DNA of 64,000 nucleotides from Hydrolagus affinis (taxonomy: Eukaryota): NCBI GenBank assembly GCA_012026655.1, contig JAAILG010000836.1, positions 1-64,000 of the forward strand. The letters are read 5' to 3'. Made by a program: the position numbers and the translations under genes. Below are positions 13,778 to 27,490 of this stretch, piece by piece. Numbering within the stretch: position 1 is the stretch's first letter; every line of letters starts with the position of its first letter. The notes under the pieces are model-generated. The model worked only from the letters and a program-made list of their open reading frames with translations, ran no database searches and had not been told where the DNA came from.

Positions 13778-14436
13778 GTTGCTGAAAAGTGCCTTTCCTN
13801 NNNNNNNNNNNNNNNNNNNNNNNNNNNNNNNNNNNNNNNNNNNNNNNNNNNNNNNNNNNNNNNNNNNNNNNNNNNNNNNNNNNNNNNNNNNNNNNNNNNC
13901 CCCCCCCGCCCCCCCCCCCAAACTACATCTTCATCCTTGTTTTTCAAATCGCCTGTGAGCAGTTAATGCAGAGACCAGGGAATAGAAGAGAAATTTCGCT
14001 CGAGAGGAGTGAAGCTTTAACTGTAAACTGAAGCAGTGCCAGAAGCATACAGTTACGACAGAATAATCAAAACCAGTATCTGAAGAGCACGGAATTCCAC
14101 CGACAGGCTGCTGTTACCTACCAGTAACTTTGTCACTTGGCACAAAAGGCTCGAATTTTCTGCCAATGCACATCTAAAGGCTCTGCCCCATTAATGCCCG
14201 ATCCTTGCGTGATGAGTTTTTAATTTAAGATTGGCTTTAGGCTGTTGTCATGTTTCTGCAGAGCAATCTCACTAAATGAAACCTAAGTGCTGAAAATAAA
14301 TATATTTTTTACCAAAGGAACAAATTTATTTGTTAAGTTATAATTTTAACTTACTTTTATACACTTTTCTAAACTAGAACTGTTCGTAAAAAAAAAGAGG
14401 GATTCAGTTACCCACATATCCTTTCAGTTTTCTAAT
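13778..14436 (+). other. MBNL3: 5' UTR part of the large first coding exon
   Basis: A strong pyrimidine tract and acceptor (tcttatatcttgttctttttcccacag|GTTG, AG at 13776-13777) precede it. MBNL genes are known to have a large ATG-containing exon. Contains an assembly gap. Confidence 0.6.
13800..13899. other. Assembly gap (100 N)
   Basis: Run of N next to a poly-C tract. Confidence 1.
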
Positions 14437-14610
14437 ATGGCTGTGAATGTTTCTATGGTCCGTGACACAAAATGGCTGACGCTAGAAGTGTGTAGAGAAT
14501 ACCAGAGAGGGACTTGTTCTCGGTCTGATGCGGAATGCAAGTTTGCTCATCCTTCACGAAGTTGCCATGTTGAAAACGGTCGAGTTATTGCCTGCTTTGA
14601 TTCGCTGAAG
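14437..14610 (+). CDS. MBNL3: MBNL3 coding exon 1 (ZnF1 and start of ZnF2)
   Basis: [58 protein letters not shown], the canonical muscleblind N-terminus. Donor AAG|gtaaga at 14611; 174 nt, phase 0. Confidence 0.97.
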
Positions 14611-16324
14611 GTAAGAATTTTACTACCTGTCTTATTTAATCATTCTTTTGTTTCACGTCTCTCTCGTTGCTTTTTAAGACATATCGCGCACGAATGTTAT
14701 CAATTTGGCATGTTGCTGAATGAAAGTTGATTTAAGTTCGGTCCGTCACAGTGCAGTCAGTGGCTTGTCTCACAAAGTCAGTCTGCATTGTTATTTAAAT
14801 ACAAAGGAATGTTTAACTGGAAATGTTTCAAAATCCCAAAGTAAGTTTCCAAGATTTTGTTTCTCTCTCAGTAACTATGTTTACAGTTGTTGCAGTTTAT
14901 GCTGAGATTCTGTGACTTACATTTATTGGTGAACTGAGCAAATCAGATACTTTTTTTTTAAAAAAGGCATCATCTTTGTGACATGTATTTGCCAAATTTG
15001 TTCTGTTTCTTTAGAAATATATACAAAATGATGGAAACATGATGACAAACACCCTCATGTCACCTCAGCATAATATATTCATATGTTAAAAGATCCAATG
15101 GCTATTGTGACTTTGCCACTCCCTTACCCCTCTCAATGGAAAGGTTTACCACATTTTCACGAAGGCAGTGTCCCTTTAATCTTTTCTCAAGATTATACAT
15201 CAGCCAGTGGGTTACATTTCAGATCAGCTTCCAATTTGCTACCTATGTCATGTTGCATTAAGATATGGAGAAATAAAAGATTGATTGGAATGAACTGGGC
15301 AATGAATTGGATCTTGAAGCCATAAAGTCTTCACTTTAAAGTTCCATTGTATTCAAACCTTTCATCTTCAAATTAACATTTTTCGCTTTTCCTTTTAAAA
15401 GTTATCATTTGACCTGTTTGAAGAGTTTTGGTTCATAATTTTTAAGGACCACCATTTAGTTTTACTGTAAAGCATTTTTGTGGAATAGTCTTTATTTCTG
15501 CCTAACAGAAATGATGTGAAAATATTGAATGAAATGAAGATCTTAAGACTATTTTATCAAGAATTGGCTGTTTAAGATTGTTTTGTCCCATTCTATATCT
15601 GTAAGCTCTGTATATGTAGTTTAAGTATTAGATCTTAAATGTAAAATGAGTTTGGTTTCTATATACTGTATTGACTTGGAACGAGAATACGTTTGCTAAT
15701 ACATTGACCTAATGCACCCAGTGTTAACAGGTAAGTGATTCACTATTATGGTATAAACACGCACAGTGGGCTTTACTGCATTTTCTTCCAGCAATTTACA
15801 GACTGACCACAGCTCTCTCTGTAAAAGAGTTCCTGTTAGGGTATTACAGCATCACAAACTTTGGTGCAACTACACCATCTTGACCATAAAGCAGTGAGTT
15901 GCTCTCAGTCTGAGCAGCAGTAGGATTAGGAGAGGAACAGAACCGGCAAGGTTACCTCTCCTGAACGCTTAATAATAACCCTTGCACCCATGTTCACTTG
16001 CACATATAATGAGAACAGGATCGGGCTTAGCTGTGCTTTCTCTTCCCTCTTTCCCATCTCCCCTCCCCATAGTTGATCGTCTTCTGAAACGTTACTGTTA
16101 AGAGTCGCATGTAAAGAGTAGCCATTGATTGAAATGTCAATGCTTGTGGAGAGTGTCAATGCTTGTGGAGGTTGTATCTTGGCATGAATCAGAACCTTCT
16201 GGAGAGGACGGGGGAAAATGGGAGTGGGAGGAGAAACCAAACTACTGACTGCTATTAAATTATTGGAGGGCTTTGGCCAAGTAGACATTCTTTGCCTATG
16301 AGAGACTCCAGCAAGCATTGGCAG

Positions 16325-16510
16325 GTCATCCTGATCTCGTCCTCACCTGACCGGATAATAATCAAGATTCGAGATATTGTCTGAATATTCTCTCCCTAAA
16401 CAAAAGGGGCAGTGAGACCAATTATGGTGTACCCACTGTCAACCTGGCTGAGATCAGCTAATTCGACACAGACCTTGAATCAACCATTGGATCTTCCAAT
16501 TTGTATAGCT
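16325..16510 (-). mobile_element. Old degenerate SINE-like fragment, family not assigned
   Basis: ctggctgagatcagctaattcgacacagac...; a related motif lies on the + strand near 1695-1750. Confidence 0.35.
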
Positions 16511-17867
16511 GTTTCTCTCAAGGTAAATGGATTTACCAATTCAATTAGTCAACAAAAAAAGCTTGTATTTTTACTGTTGGAGGAGAAACAACCATAGCAT
16601 TTTGGGCTGCATCAGATGTCGCTGTGAATTAACTATTTAAATATTTATTTATTCAGCAGCAGCTGCCATTGTTTGGACTGTTCAACAAAATGAGTCACAG
16701 AGAATTCCTCCAGAGTACTGTTAGGTGTCATTTCACGATTGAAAAGTGGAAATGGGCTTTGCTGGTTAGGGATAAATGATATTCTAACTCTGATAGATGC
16801 CACTTTTTTGCCCATCCATTCATGCCCATTAAACTGGATTTGAATTTGAATGTACAGCCCGTGGGCAGGAGCCAATTTACCATATGGCCCCCAAACTGCC
16901 ATTAATATTTCCCAATACATTGTCATCTATTTTCTACAATCCTGCGCTTAGGGGCATTAATCATCGGCACCTCTAATTACATTCATCCCTCTCACAAGTG
17001 AAGGCTATTCAATCACATTTAATATTTCAGAACAAGGATGTAATAAATGTATGTTTTATTATTCTCCTATACCTCTTGCATTTACCCCTAGAATATACTT
17101 TTTTTTTTCCATTTAACCAGGAGGCCAAGGCTTTCTGGTGCATAGACCTGTGTAGCACTGCAAGCTTGGGGCACAGCTGCATCAGTGATTTCTAGATGTC
17201 TCCACTGCAGTATCAGTAGTGCAAAGGGCTTCTTCAGCCCCACTGCATGCGCCTTGCAAGGCTAATGCCAGCAATGCTCGACGAAGCTGTTGTTTGACTA
17301 TTAGGTATGATGGAACCTGGACGTTTGGGGATTGATGTTGATGCCTCTTCCCTCTGGGTTGTAAACTCTACCACTGAGGTGTTCCATTGACTGGAGCAAC
17401 ATTCTCAAAAGAAATGGAAATCTTTACCATGAGATTCTGAATATACCGCTTCTTGTTAACTATTTTCTAACTGGGATGAGTCCTCCCAAATATCTTCATT
17501 GCAACTAACAGAGACATAAGATTTTCATCCACCAATCTGGGATGTATGCATTCACAACCTGGTTAACACACTGTGCTATATATCCTCTGCCTCACATGGA
17601 ATTTTGCCCAACTATTCCTGTAAATGGAAATTTTATAACATTTTTCTACCACAACAGGTAGCCTGGCAGTTCCAGCATTCAAGCCCTGGACCTACATATA
17701 AAATACTCATCTTAAATGTTAATCTGACTCACAGTCAAACCAACTTTGCCAGGCCTTTGCCACTAGATAGAGATAGTAAAAGCAGAACTGCCCAATAAAG
17801 TCTTACGTGCACTATAGACATAGAACAAAGGCCATTGCTAATATTAATGAACTTTGCTTTTTTAATA

Positions 17868-18345
17868 GTAATCCTTTGAATTTAGTGTAGCACCTTTCAC
17901 ATTAATAGGACTCCCCTGGATTCACTGTGACACGAGTGGCTATGTATTTTGGAGGTGAATACGACAGCTGATTTGCACATAGTAATCTCCCACAAACAGC
18001 CATGAAGTGAATGGCCAAATCTTATTTTGGGGAGTTGTCAGGACACCAGGAAAAACTCCCTCAAAAACACAAAATACTGCAGATACTGGACATCTGAAAC
18101 AAAAAAACAGAAATTGCTGGCTCAGCAACACTCAGCAAGTCAGGAGGCATCTATAGAAAAAGGAAAGTGAGTCAACGTTTCAAGTCCACAACCCTTTGTC
18201 AGAACAACCCTTCATCTGTTCTGATGAGGAGAAACTCCCTTCTCTTTTCGAACGGTGCCATGGGATCTTTAATGTCCAGCTGAGCTGGCAGAAAGCATCT
18301 CAGTTTAACGTTTCATTCGAACGATGGGTGTTATTCCCCTATTGC
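17868..18345 (-). mobile_element. Deu-domain SINE interrupted by a Penelope-like terminal fragment (18062-18227)
   Basis: Deu core at 18230-18320 matches 2950-3035. The insert is flanked by GGAAAAACTCCCT (18049-18061) and GGAGAAACTCCCT (18228-18240). Confidence 0.65.
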
Positions 18346-21300
18346 AGAGTTTGGAAAGCCTAAATACTGCACTTAGAGCAAAGACTCTTAACAATATGAT
18401 CTTGTGCATCATTACCGTTTGCCGAAAAACAGCAGGAGCTGATTGGCAAAGTAATCTTACAAATCTACCTTGCTTCTATTGCTTACATATACATATCTTC
18501 AGAACATCTAGTCCTAGGTTTGTGCCATATTTATACTGTTTGAACTATGACTACATTTCATGCCATTTCTATTTGAGCAGTGTTCCCTTATTCCTTGCTA
18601 ATTATTAAATAGGAACCTACAAGACTGTTTTCTGAAAAAGCTGAATAACTGATGAAATGATTATCATATCAGAACTTCACAGTGTGCGTATAATGGTGGG
18701 TGCTTATCGTTCCACGTTATTAAGATAAGATTATTGTTTTCTTGCATCTGCTTTGCTTTGGGAGTCTGGAAAGAATTAGTCACTGGATTTTCATTGATTT
18801 CAAGCCACAGAGTGTATACATTTTTTGGATGATTAACATCTATGAGGCATTCTTAAACAAAGGACTGCTTCAACGCTATCAGAGGATAAAAAAAATCAAA
18901 ATGCCTGACCTTTTGCTGAATTTTAGATTTCATATGGTATCACATTGTGTCAAAAAACGCAGGGAAAAATTGTTTATTTATTTGCCAATGAGCAGCATTG
19001 CATTTACCATCAAGTAATTACCCTCAAAGCGTCAGATCCATAACTTAACCAATTGTGTGCGATCTTCATCGAGGGAAAGTATCTTTTAAAATTCTGAAAT
19101 AAACATCTACCATACCTCATACACAGCTTGTTCTGGAGTTCTTTGCTATGCAGTCCATGCACTATATGCTCATCTTTCCTACACAGCTGCTTGATATCAT
19201 CTTCATCTCTACCTACAGTCGCTAACATGTCATCAAGCTCCTCCACTGTTAAGCGCTCTGAGATATTACCCCGTATAAAGGGGTATGGTATAGATGCAAG
19301 TTGTTGTACTCTCATCTCCACCCACTCCCTCATGCTCGCCAGCTTTGGCATCTTGTGTCAGTGAATTGAACAAACAGTTTTCACTGGTACTTGGATAGCC
19401 CCAGGCAGATCCTAATGTGCTGCAAGATTGAGACTTGAGGGGAAGGAAAAGGTTGGATTGAGGTTTGAGACTGACACCAGACGGGGAGTGTGACTTTGGC
19501 ATATCCTTGGTACACATTGAAAATATTGTGAAACAGTGTGATGCTGAGGTGCAAAGATAAGGGATAGAGCGAGTTTTACAGGTACAGCGAGGCAATGGGG
19601 ACAAGCAAACAAGAAGTGGTGAGATCTCGGAGTTGAAAGAGGGGAGGGAATTCAAGTAGCATGAAGTGGTTGGAAAAGGGGAATAATGACATTCTTCTGC
19701 TGAGTGTACATCATTTCCAGAGTAGTGTATGATTTATATGTCTACTAAGTAAAACAATTACCCTTGAAAGAGTAATATCTCATTACAAAGATTACTTAAT
19801 GCCTGTAATCTTGTAATAAACCTCTCTACTCTCTGCCCTGAGTGCATGTGTGTGAGGAGAATAGATGTGCTGCAGGAATATACTACAATTTGGTGCACTG
19901 TCTTATTGAAGCATTCCTTCTGCTTTCTGCTCCAGAATACCGTATCTGTTTGAGAATGCTTCATGCTTGAAAGTTGTTCCCTTTTATCATCATAACAATC
20001 ACAAGAGATTTAATTCTATCTGACTGATACTTTAAAAAATATGCTTACATTTTGTTAAACGTCACATGTGCTTTCCCTGGCCCTGTGTATGATGACAGTA
20101 TATGCCTTTGTTGTTTCTGTTATTTTCTGTTATGTTTGTTAAACTCCTTTAGGATCTGTGCGCATGAATGTAAAACCGCTAGTCGGAAAAAATGTAGTAA
20201 AACGTGTACAATGTAGTAACAATCTAAACAATGACATTTACATAGAGGGTGGAATGTATCAGAAACATTGCAGGTTTTAGAGAAGGCGCAAGGTGTTGTA
20301 TTTTAAAATGCTAATCACTCTTTATACTATCCAATACTATCCAATACAAAATTAAATTTGTATGGAATGTTTCATGTCAGGAGGACATCCCAAGGCGCTG
20401 TGATACTGTATAAAATACATCTAGAATCAAACATTTGCAATAGATGTGGCCACAGTCTCCAATGTATTGTTTATTTTACCCTGAAAGATTACATAGCGAA
20501 CCCTATGACTGAAACAAGATGTCAGTTTATGTCAACAACAGAAAAAGACTAATGCAGAGGTTGGTGTTTTTTTTTATCACCCAACGTGTTGCTGAATGCG
20601 ATTACCGTATATTTATACATTGCCACTTATCTGCACTTCAATCAAGTGAAATGTACCTGTACTTTAACATATATATATATACATTATATATATATATTTT
20701 TTAAGCCAAGGAGTATTTTGTCCATTCTTATAAATGTGACAAGTTGGAAGTTGTTTCAAATAAAACACTTTCTTACAAAATCAAATCGACTTTTATTTCA
20801 TTGGAGTGAAATGCATCCCTCAGGGAAATTGGCGAGTGAAGGGATCAACACAACCATAACCATATTACAAGGTTGAGTTCCTCTGTGAAACTCAACAGTG
20901 AAGAGTTTCATGGCTTATGTTCATCAGATGGTAACAAACCAAATCTCAATTACTAGCGATCCAAATTGATCAAACGATAAACCTTTGCGTCAGGAAAGAA
21001 GTTACGTCCTGATCAAATGTAAAGTGGTTGATTTTTTTCCTTGCATGTACGTGTACGTCTATGGGGGTGAAAAAATTATCCTGCAAATGTCTAGAAGTCA
21101 ATTTAAAATAAACATTGAATTGGTCATTATGAAAATTGTTCATATTGAAAAACAGAAAAAGACTGCAAATGTACAGCAAGCCAAGTAGCACCTAATGGAG
21201 AAAGGCAGGTTAACATTTTGTGTGTTATGTTTTCTCAGAGCTCTTTGTGCTACATGGGCACCCAACTTGATGCTGCAGGGTAGAAATTATTACTTGCCTG

Positions 21301-24300
21301 AGCTGTAGGTTTGCACGGAGAATGCTTGGCATATAAAACTATATAAAGTCTTTTCTGCTGCATTCAGTTGCTACATCCTCCTGACATGAAAGGTTGCTCT
21401 ATAAATGTAATTTTGTTGTTGTAGTTTTTGAAACTATCCTGAAACCATGGTTGCAGGTGGGAGTATCCATCAGAGAATCAGTCAGGATGTAAATTTACGG
21501 AAGGAAAATGGGAACATTTGGGAGGATGCTTAAGGTTCTTATACATTGGGGATAATGAAGATAAAAAATGTTAACAATTTTTAAAAAAAAGTTTGATGGT
21601 ACCAGGAATTTAGCATCCAAAATATGCTCATGGATTAACGACTGGAAAATATCTGTGGTAGCAAAACATTTCAAAATACATTTACTGGAGCCCACCCATG
21701 TCAACGTTCACTGCAAAGGACCGTGCTGAATCAGAAGAAACAAATGTGATTGCACCAGTACTGACTGAAACAACAATGTAAATGTTAATCTATTTATCAG
21801 GTTACTATTTAGCATTCTCCCTAGTTTTAGTAAAAGCAGGATAGACCAGCCAAACCTATTTAGGTAGCGGAGGCTTGCTACCATTCCAGGGTTGACACAT
21901 ATCTGCCATGGAGTGAGAATGGCAAGACGGAATAAGGTTAGACAAGCATTCTACCTTTTTAAATTGTGCTTAAGGGCTGGGAGAAACTTAGCACAGTCTT
22001 TTGTTAAGAGATTAAACATGCCGGTGGATGATTATGGGAGGACTGAAAAAAGGAGAGCATTTAAAAAAAGTAAACCATCTATCCAATATTGACAAGTTAA
22101 TTCTCACTTATCTGTCAACAGGTATAAATAATTTGTAGTGAATGAAATTGCTTGCTTGATCAACATTGGGCTAACCCATTGCTGAAGAAGTTTGCACGTG
22201 CAATAAGTGATTTCCAGAGGCAACGTGTATCAAATACAAATAATGTGGACAGTCAGTCTCCCCAGTTACTTTACCCCACTGCGAATGTGCCCATGTGAGC
22301 TGGAGCTTGCTCATGTAAGAGTAAAGGGATCTTTCCTAGCCTTAACACATGTAAGCCTGCAGAGAAACCATTTCCTGAAATCAATATCCAGCTCATCGTT
22401 GTTTTTTGATGAGTCTATGAGACTTTGTTTCATCTGCTCATCATCTGAAAGTTAGGGCAGTGACAGGTTAATTGGAAACTTACCTGGGCACAGACCATTT
22501 CAACAAGCAGTTATCTTTCCTCCCTGCTGTTTCTATATTGGCAGAGGGTGCAGCAGTGTGTGAGTAGGCAGTCCCAAATTATATGCCCTACTCCTTAGTG
22601 AAGATGGAAAACTCCAAATATAGACAAATTCTAGCATTCTGCACATGCACACGGCACCTAAAACATCACACACAAAATACACACTGTCACAGTGCCTTAC
22701 AGTAAGTACAGTATATCCTGTGATTTGATGAATTTGATTTTAATTTGTATAATATTCAGTGCAAGCTGCCATCAAAAAAAATTGACCAAAAATAGCAACC
22801 CAAGATGGAATTGCTTTAATGACCGATTTCTTTAATAAGCACTGATTTTCTATGCTTAAGAACCAATTTCTATAACTATTGAAAGCCCACAACTGCTCTT
22901 TCAAGGATGTCTTTAGATTCACTAGTTCAGCTACCAATTTGGGCCATCTCCATCTTGACATGCAGATTGTGGGGGATTAACTACTGTGATTTCGTTTTAT
23001 TTTTCAAAAATTGCTTCAAGATTGGAGGAGAAACTGATCCCCTGCGGCGACCATTATTGCTCAATGTACAGGTGTGTTTGTTTGTACAGTAGTTTACTAA
23101 TAATGGATAACATTACCTGTACATAGAACAGTAATAGATAACTAATGTCAGGGAAACCTGACCCAGACCTCCCCTCATCAAGGCAGTCATCCGCTTGAAT
23201 CTTATTTTTCTGATGATTCAAAACTATATCTGATACTTCACACCGCTTAATAAATGGGTACTCTCACTAGAATTGGTTTGTGAATAGTGAATTGTGTTCC
23301 TTGGGAGTAATACCTAGAAATTATTTTGTGCTTTAAAGCGATGGCTTCCACACTGATGGCAAGAAGTATGGCCTGATAATCAGCAGTTTGATAAATGCAG
23401 CCATCTGAACTGAATTGGAACAAACAATAATGAGGAGACACTAATTTATTACTAAAATATTTTCAGGGAGTCGGAGCAATTTATGAAAAAAGTTAATATG
23501 TTTCACACATATCTACTGAGAGTATTAATGGATAAACACTACTCCATGCTAATATGAAGGTTTTTTTTCACAAAGTGGATAGCTCATTTAACCCTGAACC
23601 TGACAGAAAGTATTTGATGGTATTGCAAAAGAGATGAAATTGCAGAAAGGTGTCAGTGGTTAAATATATGTAAAGGACCTCGTGTACAGCCTTTTCAGCC
23701 TAAAACAGCTGCCTGGGTTTAAATGCAGCTGTAGGCGATCAGAAAGCTCTTGGTATGCAGAACTGGCAGCTCAAAACTGCAAGGTTACTGTGAGAGCTTA
23801 ACAAAACCAAATGTCAAACAAAATACGTGCCAGTTCTCTGTGGGTTCCTGGGGTTACAGGTGTGTGTTGGAATGCCATTTATGTGAATAGAATCATCATG
23901 TATTCTCTTTGACAATTGTTTTCATTGGGAATGTACTGATTCTGCCAAAGTCCCATTGTTCTTAATGTGTGGGGTTCACTATGAGAAATAGGAGCAATAT
24001 TTATAACCTGTTTGGTATCACAGGGACAGAATTTTTTCTTTACTGTTTTGGGCTTAATACTGAATGAATGCTTGTGGGTAGAACACCAGAATGGCTTCTC
24101 CAGCGATTTGTGTTAAGTTCTGAGGCAACATCTTGATTAAAACAAAGGGAAATTTCAGTTTTAAACTTGAGTGACTAGATTAGCGTTCAACTGACTTTTT
24201 TTTGTTCGTTCTTGATTTTTTCAATTTTCCAGTGCCCAAATTCTGAATTTCCAAATGGGAAGCTGTGCTTTTGTGACAACTATTGCCACCCTTGTTTACT

Positions 24301-26539
24301 ATTGACAGTGATTATCACATCAAATAGTTCTACTTCCTGCAAAGGTGTCTCCGTGCCCTTAAATAATTATAATATTATTATAATATAATTTATATTTATA
24401 CAGTGCCTTTTGTATTGGGAGGATATCTGAAAATGATTACATATTACAGAATTAGAGCAGATAGGACCAGCACACACACGGTGGGTCGAATGGCCTCCTT
24501 CTGTGCTGTAAACTGTGTAATTCCCAATTTAAAAAAAATTGTTTGTGTCTTGTTTTTTTACACTCCATGCCAAAAATATACTATTGTAATTATAGAGTGC
24601 TCTGACCTCCTTCCCCCATTTGAAGAACAGTTGAATTTTAATGAGTGGCTCAGATGAATTGTACATTGTACACTGAGGCGTACAGAGCGTAACATTGGAA
24701 TCCTTCTGTCAGGTTGTGACTTGACGATACATTGGCTCTCGCTTAAGTGCAACAACATTTTCAGTTTGTTATTTTGGTAGCTTTCGTGTCTTAAGGGACA
24801 TAAGTTTATAGCCCGCAGAATCCTACAGGTAAAATACAACATTCCAGAAAATCACAGTGTTATAGAACAATGTAGTGAATTGCAAGCAGCCTCAAAATAA
24901 CCACTGGCATTACTTGTTCTGTTCGTACTTGGGAGTGCTGAGCAGCTTGCACCATTATTTGTTGTGCTCACTCCTGGAATATTTTCCCTCCACTACATTG
25001 CATACCAGGAATTGGCAAAGCCAGAGAGAAAGACAAGATAAAGGGGAAAAAGCAGATCAGGGTAAATAGACAGGCACAAAACCAGGAAAAAAAAAAGGCA
25101 TGCGGTGAGTAAGGAGACAACTAGGAGGAAAAGAGGAAAAAAAGAGCCTGTAAGACAAAGGGCTGTAATGATGTAGTTCTATTCACAAGAATATACCTCG
25201 CAGAACAAGCATCAAATAGAGCATTAGAATGTAGAATGATCAGCTTCAACACTTGATATACTGAATGGAGAACACGAAAAATGGAAACTTAAAGGTGCTA
25301 ACCAAAGGCATGGTTGTAGAACCATATCATACTGTTAAGGGGGTTTGAAGATGGGATAGAAGGTCAAAAGCCAAAGAGATTTTGGAAGAGCATTCCAGTG
25401 GTCCTTTGAATGGTGACTGAAGGACATGTAATACGTTTATTATTCATTACTCCCATAAGATTATTTTCTGGTGAAGCAATTTGTGTCAGACCAGAATAAA
25501 TGATAGTTAGAAAGCTGTTCATTACTTGAACGATTCTTACGATATTGTAAACAGAATTACAAAGATAAGGGTTAAAAAAATTCATCTCCATTTTAGGATT
25601 AATTCCTCTTGAATAAGTGGATTCCAGTTTTCACAAAGTGTCCAGCAAGTCTTTAAAATTATTTTCTTAATAAATTAGAAAGTTTTCAATTCACATAAAA
25701 ACACCAGTGTGGCGTCGCTGTAAATGTTGCACACTGCAGAGGAAAGTTTGTAGCATTTCATAACATTCTGTCTAAGCCAGACTCCGAAGATTTTCCTGCT
25801 CCCACCTGCAGATTTGAAATTCTTAGCTCAGCTAGTAGGCATTTGTTTGCAAAAATACATGGCTACTTTACAGTGGATCATGTGAAGGGCCTTTGAGACA
25901 TCCTCTAAGAGACCTGTGTCATTCAGTGAATGATTTTGATTCTTATTGTAAAGCAGTAGCAAGCTGCCTCTGAACTGATAAAAAAAAATGTATTTTCCTT
26001 TGCTTGGCTTGAACAGCAATTGCAGATAAAAAAAAATGTCCAAACTTCTTGGCAAACATGTGGCGAAACAGCAGGGATGTTTTGGACTTGAAATCAGTCG
26101 ATTCTAATAACCTTCTGAAATGCTGCAGTATTGTAATGGATTGAATGTGATCTATTATGAAATGTCACAAATTTACCCTCAATAAGCTAAATGGTTGTGG
26201 AGAAAGCATAACATAGAACTGACTTCCCTCGATTCACAGATTGAGTTGAGGTGCAACTTTAGGTACTACATTTGACATGAATTGATTACGGATGAGTTCA
26301 AAAGGAAAGTACTGAACACTTCTATAATTTCTGTACATTTCTAGCATTCAAAAATCTTCCAATTAACACACAAGAAATACCGTACATTCCCACCAACCCA
26401 CATAGCGAAGTTTAGTCAGCTCTTCTCAACCAGTTTAATCTGCCTGGGGACCCCTCCGCTGCCTCCTACTCGAGCAACAGAATGCACTCCGTCATTTTTA
26501 AAAACGCTTTTATTCAAATAAATTGATAGCATTCAAAAC

Positions 26540-26995
26540 GAAATTGTAGCAACATTTAACATAATTGGATATCGACAGGGGTAGGATATTCAGTCAATTC
26601 AGCCTACTTCACCACTTTATTAGTCCATCACAGCTAGCTTCTTTTTGACATCTTTTTAATCCTATTTAAAGACCTGAACTTTGTCTTTTCGCAATCTCCT
26701 TTTCTCTGATTGGAACAGTTTCAGTGCTGTGAGCTTCTCTTTGTTAGAATTAGAATTCTCAATCCTCTGGCAGGAAAGCTCCTTGCTCTTTGTTGAATGC
26801 ATCAATATCACATTGAAGGTTGTGTGCCCACAACTATATAGATTAAAACCAAATGTGGCTTCGTCAATGATCTATGTAAAGTTTTAATAATTTGTTTCAT
26901 CTTGCTTGATATCCAGCCCATTAAATGATTAGCTTTGTTGATGATTGCTCCATATTGATGGCTAGGTACCTTCAGTGAATCCTCTGCAATTACAC
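26540..26995 (-). mobile_element. Degenerate CR1 LINE fragment
   Basis: Minus-strand translation ...INKANHLMGWIS...LHRSLTKPHL..., a CR1 ORF2 C-terminal signature. Confidence 0.55.
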
Positions 26996-27059
26996 TCAAT
27001 TTTGTTCCTATTCACCTTTGTCAATGGATGTTGCTATTTTCTGTTCCAATATGGATTAG

Positions 27060-27490
27060 GTATCAGTCTGATTCAATCAGTCGCACCAAGTCTGAAGGTT
27101 GTGGGTTCAAACCACATGTTGGAGTTGGGATTTTGAATTTACAAACTAGGTTGATGCTTCAATGAAGTGTTGAGGTTATCCTTCAGGGTCAGGGGGCACC
27201 GTTCTTCATATGAGTGGTTACACTGAGGTCACATTTACTTGTGTCAGGTGAACATACAGTATAAACTTCTATTGAAAATTTTGAAAAACAAGGGAGTTTT
27301 GCTCCCTTTTCCAAAAGTCCCCCAGATAAAATTGGTCATCCATTTCATGGCTGTTTGTGGGATATTACTGTGCATAACTTGTCTACTATGTACCCCTAGA
27401 AAATGCAGTCACTACACTTTTATAGAAGATCCTGTGAATTAGTTTGAGACATTGTCCCAACTTGAAAAGTACCATTGCAGATGCAAAGTT
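27060..27490 (+). mobile_element. Degenerate Deu-domain SINE
   Basis: tRNA-like head gtctgaaggttgtgggttcaaacc, body complementary to 2758-3145, and an L2-like tail. Confidence 0.55.

Noticed and set aside
13631-14031. Several ORFs spanning X runs (also 34501-34966)
   Set aside because: Artefacts of 100-N assembly gaps.
14611-14730. ORF-track extension of exon 1 ([11 protein letters not shown]...)
   Set aside because: Read-through past the consensus donor at 14611; ZnF2 continues at 44803.
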